Below, piece by piece: positions 9,957-18,338 of a stretch of 32,000 nucleotides of DNA. Numbering within the stretch: position 1 is the stretch's first letter; each line of letters begins with the position of its first letter. Below the pieces are notes generated by a model that saw only the letters and a program-made list of their open reading frames with translations, had not been told where the DNA came from and did no database searches. The DNA is from Candidatus Hermodarchaeota archaeon (GTDB taxonomy: Archaea > Asgardarchaeota > Heimdallarchaeia > Hodarchaeales > Hodarchaeaceae), in the NCBI GenBank assembly GCA_048886185.1, contig JBHLKY010000009.1, positions 180,001-212,000 on the forward strand, in the 5' to 3' direction. The translations under genes and the position numbers were made by a program.

Positions 9957-10582
9957 CAAAAGAGAATTTAATTGAACTTACTATATCAGAATTTGTAGAA
10001 GAAGTCGCGTCAGACAAACCAGCACCAGGAGGGGGAAGTGTAAGTGCTTTAGGCGGTGCTTTAGGATCTGCTTTGGCTGTGTTAGTAGGAAAAGCGACTG
10101 TTGGCAAGGAAAAATTCGCTGAAGTGCAGAAAGAGATGGAAACAGTAGTTTCGAGAGGAACCGAGCTATATAATTCACTAAATTTGTTAATAGATGAAGA
10201 TACAAACGCTTTTAATCAAATTTTGAAGGCTTATAGGATGCCCAAGGAAAATCCAGAGACTCGTTCGAGAGCTATTCAAGAAGCCATGATTCATGCCGCT
10301 GAAGTTCCACTTAACACAGCAAAACTTAGTTTTGAAGCCTTAGACTTAGTTTTAGCTGTAGCTGAAAGGGGAAATAAAAATGCAATAACTGATGCAGGGG
10401 TTGCTGCTCTATTTGCTGATTCAGCTGTGAGAGGAGCACTATTTAATGTTAAAATTAACCTATTGAGCATTAAAGATGAAGAAGTGAAATCTAGATTTCG
10501 TCACGAAATGGATGAAATTACTGCGAAACTTGATTCGAAAAGAGAAGCTATTTTGAAAGTTATTGAAGCAGAACTGGCTTGA
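9953..10582 (+). CDS. Cyclodeaminase/cyclohydrolase family protein (FTCD C-terminal / FchA-like)
   Basis: VASDKPAPGGGSVSALGGALG, IDEDTNAFN, AAEVPL, GNKNAITDAGVAA, NVKINL; ATGA overlap with ftcD. Confidence 0.92.
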   Translation: MTKENLIELTISEFVEEVASDKPAPGGGSVSALGGALGSALAVLVGKATVGKEKFAEVQKEMETVVSRGTELYNSLNLLIDEDTNAFNQILKAYRMPKENPETRSRAIQEAMIHAAEVPLNTAKLSFEALDLVLAVAERGNKNAITDAGVAALFADSAVRGALFNVKINLLSIKDEEVKSRFRHEMDEITAKLDSKREAILKVIEAELA

Positions 10583-10609
10583 TTAATTACATTCCAGGAG
10601 TTATCAGAT

Positions 10610-11452
10610 GTGGTGACGATATTAGATGGAAAAAGAGTAGCAAAAACTTTAAGAAAAGAATTAAGTTCGAGAATAACTAAATTGGATCGTCATCCAACAT
10701 TAGATATTATCTGTGTCGGAGAAGACCCAGCTTCAACAATTTATGCAAAGAATCAAGTAAAATATAGTTTAGAAATTGGAATTGAGGCTAAAATTCATCA
10801 TTTTGAAAAAATAAGTGAGGAAGCACTGGTAGAATTCATTTCAACGGACTTGAAAGACAGAGATGCGATAATTGTACACTTTCCTCTTCCTGATAACCTG
10901 AATACAGAGAAAATTCTTGAGGCTATACGACCAGATCAAGATGTTGACGGATTGCATTATGTTAATATCGGTCGTCGGTTATTCGATTATTTAAATGTTT
11001 TTTGGCCCAGTACACCCCTAGCATGTATAGAATTACTTGATCGCTATAATATTCCAATTGAAGGTAAACATGCCGTTGTTGTTGGCAGATCTCATTGGGT
11101 GGGACGACCAGTAGCCACATTGCTTGAAAAAAGGAATGCTACGGTCACTCAATGCCATTCATATAGCAAACCATTGTCTAACTACACACAGCTAGCTGAT
11201 ATACTGGTTATAGCAATTGGTAAGCCTAGAATAATTAGAGTAGATATGATTAAACAGGGTGCTATTGTCATAGATATTGGGATGAATCGAGATGAGGATG
11301 GTAAACTTTGTGGGGATGTTGATTTTGACAAAGTCAAAGAGAAATGCAGTTATATTACTCCAGTGCCAGGCGGAATTGGTCCTATGACTGTTGCTGAACT
11401 ATTAGCAAATACGGTCCTTGCCTCAGAACGAAATCAATCGAAATTAACCTAA
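10610..11452 (+). CDS. folD: Methylene-THF dehydrogenase (FolD family), cyclohydrolase residues substituted
   Basis: DVDGLH, STP, GKHAVVVGRS, ATVTQCHS, VIDIG, ITPVPGGIGPMTVA; CCAGGAG upstream of the GTG. Confidence 0.93.
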   Translation: MVTILDGKRVAKTLRKELSSRITKLDRHPTLDIICVGEDPASTIYAKNQVKYSLEIGIEAKIHHFEKISEEALVEFISTDLKDRDAIIVHFPLPDNLNTEKILEAIRPDQDVDGLHYVNIGRRLFDYLNVFWPSTPLACIELLDRYNIPIEGKHAVVVGRSHWVGRPVATLLEKRNATVTQCHSYSKPLSNYTQLADILVIAIGKPRIIRVDMIKQGAIVIDIGMNRDEDGKLCGDVDFDKVKEKCSYITPVPGGIGPMTVAELLANTVLASERNQSKLT

Positions 11453-11607
11453 CTTGAGAGGTATAGTCTCACTCAACTTTTCAAAGAGTACCTTTATAAT
11501 TAAGCCTGATTTGAAAAAAACTTAATAGGTTAAATTAGGTTATACTGTTCTCTCCTCGGAGTAAAATGTCTAATAATCCTAAATAAGATTCAAAATACTG
11601 ATAGCAA

Positions 11608-12402
11608 ATGACTCTGTCTATAAATGATATCTATAACCAGAATTGTCTTGAAGGAATGGATCAAATCGAACCGAAAACTGTAGATCTCTTATTGACCGAT
11701 CCGCCATTTGGAATAGATTTTGACAAAGTTGGGTCCCAATATAATCGAAAACAAAAAGAATTGGGGCGATTTTACATCGAAATAAGTGGAAATTATTACG
11801 ATTTTACCGTTCAGTGGCTTCAAGCCGCTTGGAAGGCGATGAAGCCTACTGCAAGTGGATTTATTTTTTCAGGGTGGAATCACTTAAGTGACATCCTTAA
11901 TGCCCTCTCTAAAGTTGGATTTCGATTAGTGAATCACCTCATTTGGAAATATCAGTTTGGTGTTTTTACTAAAAAAAGATTTGTTGCAAGTCATTATCAT
12001 ATTCTCTATTTTACAAAGCTTCTTGAAAAAGAAGATAGCTTACGAACCTTTAATCGAATACCAGAATATTCTAGTTCTCCAGGAAAACTCTATTTTGAAG
12101 ATGTCTGGAGAATCAACAGAGACTATCAAAAAGGAGGCGAAAAAACTCCTACTCGATTACCGCTAGCTGTAACTGACAAATGTGTTCGAATGGGGAGTAA
12201 TGAGGGGGATTTGATATTGGAACCATTTTTAGGAAGTGGATCGGTAGTTCTCTCATGCATTAAGTTCAACAGACAGTATCTTGGTTTTGAAATATCAGAA
12301 CCAATTTTCTTAATAGCCAAAAAAAGAATAATTAAGATAAAAAAGCAGCTTGCTAGAAAAGACTCGAACCTAGATTCATGGCTAGTGACAACCAAAAAAT
12401 AA
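11608..12402 (+). CDS. Orphan beta-class DNA amino-methyltransferase (N6-A / N4-C)
   Basis: Catalytic motif IV (LLLTDPPF) near the N-terminus precedes SAM-binding motif I (ILEPFLGSGS); also FEIS and H.....F.K elements. Confidence 0.9.
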   Translation: MTLSINDIYNQNCLEGMDQIEPKTVDLLLTDPPFGIDFDKVGSQYNRKQKELGRFYIEISGNYYDFTVQWLQAAWKAMKPTASGFIFSGWNHLSDILNALSKVGFRLVNHLIWKYQFGVFTKKRFVASHYHILYFTKLLEKEDSLRTFNRIPEYSSSPGKLYFEDVWRINRDYQKGGEKTPTRLPLAVTDKCVRMGSNEGDLILEPFLGSGSVVLSCIKFNRQYLGFEISEPIFLIAKKRIIKIKKQLARKDSNLDSWLVTTKK

Positions 12403-12465
12403 TTTTTTGAGATTAATTTTTCTCTGCCCAACCTTGCCTAAAACATGTTTATAAGGTGATGAATC

Positions 12466-13476
12466 TTGGTTTATTTAATTACTGGTGGTACAGGACTAGT
12501 GGGTAGTTTTCTACTAAAGAATTTAGCAAATGATTTCCATTATGACAATGGAGAATGTCGCGTTATTGTTCGTTCACCAGAAAGTAAAGCCATCATTGAA
12601 CACCAAGGATTTATCCCTATCAAAGCAGACCTTACGGACTTAAAAAGTCTGAGAATCGCTTTAAAAGATGTTACAGTTGTTTTTAATCTTGCTGCTATAG
12701 CTAGTGATTGGGTAGGTCGAAAAGAACTGTATCGAGTGAATGCAACTGGAATGAGTAATTTATTAGAGGCTTGTCTTACAACCAATACAGATCCATTCTT
12801 AGTTCACACTAGTTCAACTGGAGTGTATGGACATTATCTTCCTAGTACACCAATTGATGAGAGTTACAAATTTAATCCCACTAGTATCTACCAAAAAAGC
12901 AAGTATTATCAAGAGAAGGCTATATGGGATGTTCATACTGAAGAAGGATGGAATAACTTTGGTATTGTCCGTCCACCCAGTGTTATTGGCCCAAGAGACA
13001 TGAAAACGATATATGGTATTTTTAAAGCTGTATATGAACATAAATTTCCCATCATGCGTAAAGGAAAAGGATATCTTACATTTATTCACCCTCAAGACTT
13101 ATGTGATGCTATATTATTGGTAGAAGAGAAAAAAACTCATGCACGTGGTGAAGCATTCAATTTAAAGTCATTTGAGTGTACATTAAAGGATTTTTTAGAT
13201 TATATTGTTAAGAAAATCAATCCTCCCAAACCTCCACGACATCGGAACTATCGTATTATTTATACTATCGCTATTCTCTCAGAAATCTATGCAAAAATAA
13301 CAGGACGGCAAACAACTCTAAATCGTTATCGTGTGACAAAATTTGCGTTATCACGTAGATATATTGATCAAAAAATTAAGAATGAACTAGGATTTCAACC
13401 ACGAAAAACTATGGAAGCAACTATAGATGAATCTTACGAATGGCTTGTTAAACGTAATTTATTTCCCCCCACTTAA
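12466..13476 (+). CDS. NAD-dependent epimerase/dehydratase (extended SDR, 3-beta-HSD-like)
   Basis: ITGGTGLVG Rossmann motif, HTSSTGVYG, YQKSK (YxxxK), VRPPSVIGPRD. Confidence 0.9.
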   Translation: MVYLITGGTGLVGSFLLKNLANDFHYDNGECRVIVRSPESKAIIEHQGFIPIKADLTDLKSLRIALKDVTVVFNLAAIASDWVGRKELYRVNATGMSNLLEACLTTNTDPFLVHTSSTGVYGHYLPSTPIDESYKFNPTSIYQKSKYYQEKAIWDVHTEEGWNNFGIVRPPSVIGPRDMKTIYGIFKAVYEHKFPIMRKGKGYLTFIHPQDLCDAILLVEEKKTHARGEAFNLKSFECTLKDFLDYIVKKINPPKPPRHRNYRIIYTIAILSEIYAKITGRQTTLNRYRVTKFALSRRYIDQKIKNELGFQPRKTMEATIDESYEWLVKRNLFPPT

Positions 13477-13629
13477 GAAACAAGAGGCTACTTTTATATT
13501 GTTTAGTAAGAATTTGAAAGAACTAGATTAACATTTTATTACTTGGACTAAAAAGATATTCTTTGAGCTTGAGTAACAATGATTAGATGCAATGAGGGAG
13601 AGGAAAAAAGTGATAAAATGTGAGAATTA

Positions 13630-13743
13630 TTATTTGCGTTTTCTAGAGGTTAATACTACAGTTATGAAAAGACCTAGTAATAATGGGATTATTTTAAATC
13701 CTGGAACCCCATAACCAGTACTGATCTCTTCATAGTCATAGAA
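13630..13743 (-). pseudogene. Relic 3' end of a surface-protein gene with a PGF-CTERM-like sorting signal
   Basis: Manual translation FYDYEEISTGYGVPGFKIIPLLLGLFITVVLTSRKRK*; no in-frame start and in-frame stops immediately upstream. Confidence 0.6.
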
Positions 13744-14218
13744 TCACTAGCTTTGACTTACTAGTCAAGCTCCGCTTTAGCAAATTAAAAAGTGCCACTG
13801 ATGGATATACAACAAGAAATAGTAAAATACACTCACTATTTAGGTTCGTCTTTTTTAGGATTTTAACTCTCTATTCTTGAGATATTATGAAAAAAAGATT
13901 ATCGTCAACCTTTTACTCTTTTGAAAACTTAACCATAATCGTTTAATTATATTAAATTATATAAAAAAAACAAGAAAATTAAAAACAACAAATGAGAAGA
14001 ACGAGAAGGGGGCCACTGTCAATAACCACAAATGACGAAAATACTCATTTACAATTCGTAATTATCATTTTGAATAGAAATTAAATAAATAGTAAATTCC
14101 CCAATTTTTTATAAGAAAAAAAATATTTTAAATCAGAATATACTGTTCTCATAAGTTAACTCTGATTATTGACAATGGTAAATGGTTGAAATACCAAATA
14201 ATCGCAGTTGAAATAGAT

Positions 14219-15394
14219 ATGCCAATTAATCTGAACCGAGAGGCTCAAGTTGAATGGGATAAATACTTAGAAGCCTCTTCTATTGATGATCAGATATTTC
14301 ATCTAGAAAGGTTTCTGGGGGTATGTGTTAAACATAAAGGGGTCGAAAAACACCTAGCTATGGCCAAAACCAAGTTGAAAAAACTTAAGGCTCAAAAAGC
14401 GAAACTCACCCAATCACGTAAAGGGAGTGGTGAAAAATGGCTTGTGCCAAAAGGAGAAGACGCTCAAATAACAATAATTGGAATGGTTAATTCAGGTAAA
14501 TCATCTGTTTTGAATGAATTAGCTCAATCAGAGGCCGCCAAGGTTGGAGCATATCCATTCACCACTGTAAAACCTGAAATAGGGTCAACTACTGCAAAAG
14601 GGGCGCGATTACAGCTTGTTGAGCTTCCAGCACTGGTAGAAGGAAGTGTGAGAGGAGAAATGTCAGGTAAATTAGTTTTAGCTGGAACAAGAAACGCTGA
14701 CTGTGTTGTAATAACCCTAGATTTATCACAAGAACCCATACAGCAACTTCAGTTAATTTTATCAGAGCTCCACAAAGGGAAAATTCGCTTAAATGTATCC
14801 AAACCCCCTGTGACGATTGAAAAGGTTGGATCAGGGAATATTCAGGTCTTTAACGACCACTTTTTTGAAGGTGAGGGAAGGGAGGCTGTGATCGAAATTA
14901 TGAGGGGGAATGGTTATTTAAACGCAATTGTTAGATTTCAAGCTTTTGTCACAGTAAATCAATTTCTTGATGCCCTTGATAAAACAATCACATATCTTCC
15001 TGCAATCATAGTAGCCACAAAAGGCGATTTAGAAGGTTCTAGGCAGAGTTATGAAAACCTTGTAAGGTATCTAGAAGAATCAAAGCTAAATTTTCATGTT
15101 ATTCCTACATCTGCCTTACGAAAAGAAGGTTTTGAAGCAATTGGAGAGAAACTATTTAGTCAATTGGGTAAAATTCGAGTATTTACTCGTAATGCCAAAG
15201 GAGACATTGCTGATAGACCTATCATCTTAGAAAAGGGAAGTACGGTAGAAAATGCAATAGAAGTATTAAGTAAAAAAATGTTGAAATATTTTCGATTCAC
15301 ACGGATTTGGGGAGACTCTGCGAAGTTTGATGGCGAAAAAGTGGGTCTCGATCGTCAGTTACATGATGGTGATGTGATTCAAGTTTTTGCCTAG
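14219..15394 (+). CDS. DRG/OBG-family GTPase with C-terminal TGS domain
   Basis: G1 GMVNSGKSS, G2 YPFTT, G4-like TKGD, G5 SAL, TGS-type IWGDSAKFDGEKVG...LHDGDVIQV. Start placed at the ATG at 14219 (MPINL...KHKGVEK, typical archaeal N-terminus) rather than the TTG at 14186. Confidence 0.9.
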   Translation: MPINLNREAQVEWDKYLEASSIDDQIFHLERFLGVCVKHKGVEKHLAMAKTKLKKLKAQKAKLTQSRKGSGEKWLVPKGEDAQITIIGMVNSGKSSVLNELAQSEAAKVGAYPFTTVKPEIGSTTAKGARLQLVELPALVEGSVRGEMSGKLVLAGTRNADCVVITLDLSQEPIQQLQLILSELHKGKIRLNVSKPPVTIEKVGSGNIQVFNDHFFEGEGREAVIEIMRGNGYLNAIVRFQAFVTVNQFLDALDKTITYLPAIIVATKGDLEGSRQSYENLVRYLEESKLNFHVIPTSALRKEGFEAIGEKLFSQLGKIRVFTRNAKGDIADRPIILEKGSTVENAIEVLSKKMLKYFRFTRIWGDSAKFDGEKVGLDRQLHDGDVIQVFA

Positions 15395-15634
15395 AGTAAA
15401 TTAATAAACCAATTAATTTTGTTAACAACACTTATTGAGTTATTATCTACCATGATTCTCAAGCTACTCAAAAATATGACTTTGATCTATCCCTCTCGAC
15501 TGGTGATATCATGTTCTCTGAAGTTTAGGATTTTTATTTTTAAACTAAGAGTTACAAACACTAGGTCTTCTTAATTGGAATTTTTATTTAATGAATAAGA
15601 AGATCCTCAGTTTTTTCAGAAAATCTCCCTGATT

Positions 15635-16168
15635 CTATTCTTGAAAACCAAAATATCTACTTACAAAGGTTTCAATGATCTTACTAAAGGCTTCCTCGTC
15701 ATTTTCTCTTATTCCATAATAGATTACATTTGGTGAACTACTTAATACCTCTGGTTCGTCAATTATGGGAATATTAATACTATCAATCACTTCTATAAAA
15801 GTTACTAGAACAGGGAGATTACCATTTACTTTCCTAACTTGATGATAAAAAGTTCTTGCAGCTTTAAATGATTCCAAATTGTCATTTGAAAAAAGTATTA
15901 TTGATCCTGCGATTTCGGTATAATAATGTGAGGGTAATTTATCTATGAGATATTGACTTACAGGTTGAACAAGGTAAATTGTTAAACGCCAATTTTCTAT
16001 TTCAATTTGGAGAATGTAAATGTTCTCTGATTCAGAAGATAAATTTAAAGTAACTTGACGTGGATATGTTTGTACCAATTTATGGATTAATGGATTTACT
16101 AATTCATCAGGGTGACCAAAAATAGATATTTTTAATAGATATTCTTTCCATTTTTCATTGTTAACCAT
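15635..16168 (-). CDS. Small (Ras/Rab-like) GTPase-fold protein with lost nucleotide-binding motifs
   Basis: LLKISIFG start, ...HYYTEIAGSIILFSNDNLESFKAARTFYHQVRKVNGNLPVLV... matches the Rab beta4-alpha3-beta5 pattern; no GKT/S, DxxG or NKxD. Confidence 0.65.
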   Translation of the reverse strand: MVNNEKWKEYLLKISIFGHPDELVNPLIHKLVQTYPRQVTLNLSSESENIYILQIEIENWRLTIYLVQPVSQYLIDKLPSHYYTEIAGSIILFSNDNLESFKAARTFYHQVRKVNGNLPVLVTFIEVIDSINIPIIDEPEVLSSSPNVIYYGIRENDEEAFSKIIETFVSRYFGFQE

Positions 16169-16319
16169 CGAACTTTCCGCATTCTCAATGGATGAGGTAG
16201 AATTAGTTTTTTTCGAATTCTCTATTAGTTCTGAACTTTGTGATCTCCATCAATAACTGTACCTAATACAAATTGATAAAGGTTTGTGAACCTATTTTTG
16301 AAAGAAATCTCAAAAAAAA

Positions 16320-17174
16320 TTAGTTTATCGGCCAATCTAATAAAGAACTTACCAAATTCTTTCTTGATAACTCCCCTCCAGTCATTATACTAATGAAATC
16401 ATCCCCCTCGAAGATTTCTCTAACAATTTCTTCTTCACTTAATCCTTTCTTAAAGAGATCATGTGTAATTTGATGGAGGCTTTCAATTTCTTTCATTTTT
16501 TCTTCTAAAAAAGATCTTCCAGAAATTATCCCTTTTCCAGCAAGGAAAAGCGTTAAATTATTCATATTTTTGGTGGAAATAAATAAACTTTGAATAGATC
16601 GAAATATCTCTGCAATATCTTCTTGAATGTCTGATGTTGCGCCAAAAATTCGCGTATATTTAGGTTGAACACCATCTGAGGCAAAGACCCATTGTTGCTT
16701 GTGTTCAATTAGTGCTATTTGATCAGGAGCATGACCAGGGATTGGTAACACTTCAAATGTATAATTACGAGTACTTGTTATTATAGGATTAGGTATCGGA
16801 TTTACTTCAGCTGGAAGTAGTCCCGAGCCCCAAGTAATTTGTCGGTACTGTGGATACAAGTACCCCTTTTTAAGAATAGAAGTAGCTTTTTTACTAGCAA
16901 ATAAAGGAATTCTAAATTCATCCTGTAATAAAAACGCTCCCCCTACATGATCTTCATGTGAATGAGTCAGAACACATTTTTTAACATTTTCAGGCCCAAT
17001 TGACAAAATAAACTCTCGGAATTCTTTCACTCCTCCTGGTGCACCTGCATCAATGAGTAAACCATCAATAAAATAGCATGATGTCCAATATGGGGAGCGA
17101 ATCAACACATTATCAGAGGCCCAACACCATTCTAAAATCTCTTTATTTTGGTACCAATTTATTTTAGTAACCAT
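16320..17174 (-). CDS. Metallo-beta-lactamase-fold hydrolase
   Basis: LIDAG, THSHEDHVGG (HxHxDH), PGHAPD, ASDG. Confidence 0.9.
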   Translation of the reverse strand: MVTKINWYQNKEILEWCWASDNVLIRSPYWTSCYFIDGLLIDAGAPGGVKEFREFILSIGPENVKKCVLTHSHEDHVGGAFLLQDEFRIPLFASKKATSILKKGYLYPQYRQITWGSGLLPAEVNPIPNPIITSTRNYTFEVLPIPGHAPDQIALIEHKQQWVFASDGVQPKYTRIFGATSDIQEDIAEIFRSIQSLFISTKNMNNLTLFLAGKGIISGRSFLEEKMKEIESLHQITHDLFKKGLSEEEIVREIFEGDDFISIMTGGELSRKNLVSSLLDWPIN

Positions 17175-17268
17175 GTTAAATTCCCTTAAGATCGCTTTAG
17201 GAAGAATCAGTTTCTTTGTAACAAATAATAATATCTATTAAATCTAGCTTTTATCTTCCCTTGATGTC

Positions 17269-18045
17269 GTGTTAACAATGATCATAAAGGATATAGTAGT
17301 ACGTTATCAAGAATTAGCTAATAACGCATGGCCGAGTAAAATACACTTCTTTGTTAATGGTTGGAATGTTAGAATATCTGAAGGCTATACACAAAGAGCC
17401 AATAGTGTACTTCCAATTTTATATTTTGGAACAAACCATGAAGAAGACATAGTGGTGGTTGAACAAATATATCGGAAAATGAATTTACCTAAAGTAATTT
17501 TCCAGATACCTGAATATACCCAACCATCTAATCTTGATATAATTTTAGCCTCCAAGGGGTATGATCAACGGTCTAAAACATCAGTTATGTCAGCTAAGCT
17601 TAAAAATCTACTTAAACAGCGAATTAATAATGTTTATTCCTATAAGGTATCAGAAATTGATCAACAAGGTCAATGGTTTAATTTTAAAGAGTCTTACTCT
17701 CTATCAAAGAATAAGATGCATTTAAAAAGGATGATTATTAATAGGATAGAGATTCCTGCAAAATACTTTTTCTATCTTTTTTTGAATGAATTGTTGATTG
17801 GAGTCGCTTTAGGAGTGTGTGAAAGAGGATATATTGGTGTCTATGACGTGGAAATTCATCCAGAATTTCGACGAAAAGGTGTTGGAGCAAATTTAATGTA
17901 TTATATTATTAATTGGGGTATTGATAATGATTTTTCTGATGTCTATCTTCAAGTTGAAACCCAAAATGACGCAGGGCAACGTCTGTATAAAAAATTGGGA
18001 TTTCAAACTTTATTCCATTATCATTATCGTGAAAAGTTTTTGTAA
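17269..18045 (+). CDS. GNAT-family N-acetyltransferase
   Basis: GYTQRANSV N-terminal motif, VEIHPEFRRKGVG acetyl-CoA motif A, VYLQVETQNDAGQRLYKKLGF. The start may be the ATG at 17278. Confidence 0.9.
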   Translation: MLTMIIKDIVVRYQELANNAWPSKIHFFVNGWNVRISEGYTQRANSVLPILYFGTNHEEDIVVVEQIYRKMNLPKVIFQIPEYTQPSNLDIILASKGYDQRSKTSVMSAKLKNLLKQRINNVYSYKVSEIDQQGQWFNFKESYSLSKNKMHLKRMIINRIEIPAKYFFYLFLNELLIGVALGVCERGYIGVYDVEIHPEFRRKGVGANLMYYIINWGIDNDFSDVYLQVETQNDAGQRLYKKLGFQTLFHYHYREKFL

Positions 18046-18338
18046 TGAAGTAATCAATCCAAAAACTATAGCATTTTTCAGGGGAAAGAAAATTAAGAGA
18101 GATTGATACCTTAAATATCAAGAATTGTAATATTTTTCACAATCTATTATTATATTTTTAGATTAATTATTTCTCACTTCCGGTAAGAAAAAGCTAAATA
18201 TAGACTCAAAAAAAGATTAAAATAGGATTAAAATTCTACTATTTCAACTCTCTTCAGAATAATACTATTGTAGTTAACTAAAAACATGTTCTTGAGCTGC
18301 AATATGAGACCTAGTTCAGATTTCATGAGTGATTTTTA

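Noticed and set aside
9940-9960. Possible frameshift fusion of ftcD with the cyclodeaminase, as in eukaryotic FTCD
   Set aside because: The downstream frame is -1, but there is no slippery heptamer or hairpin; the ATGA overlap is ordinary translational coupling.
11541-14150. Identical 12-mer TATACTGTTCTC at 11541 and 14139, upstream of the MTase and the GTPase
   Set aside because: A rough estimate gives about one chance 12-mer match among AT-rich intergenic sequence of this size; only two copies.
13477-14185. tRNA, C/D-box sRNA or small peptides (21-aa ORF at 13801, 19-aa ORF at 13887) in the large gap
   Set aside because: No cloverleaf, no properly spaced C/D boxes, and no SD or recognisable sequence for the short ORFs.
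16203-16250. 15-codon uORF ending in A_AAA_AAC-TAA upstream of the pseudo-GTPase
   Set aside because: The downstream gene is in the +1/-2 frame rather than -1, and there is no stimulatory hairpin.
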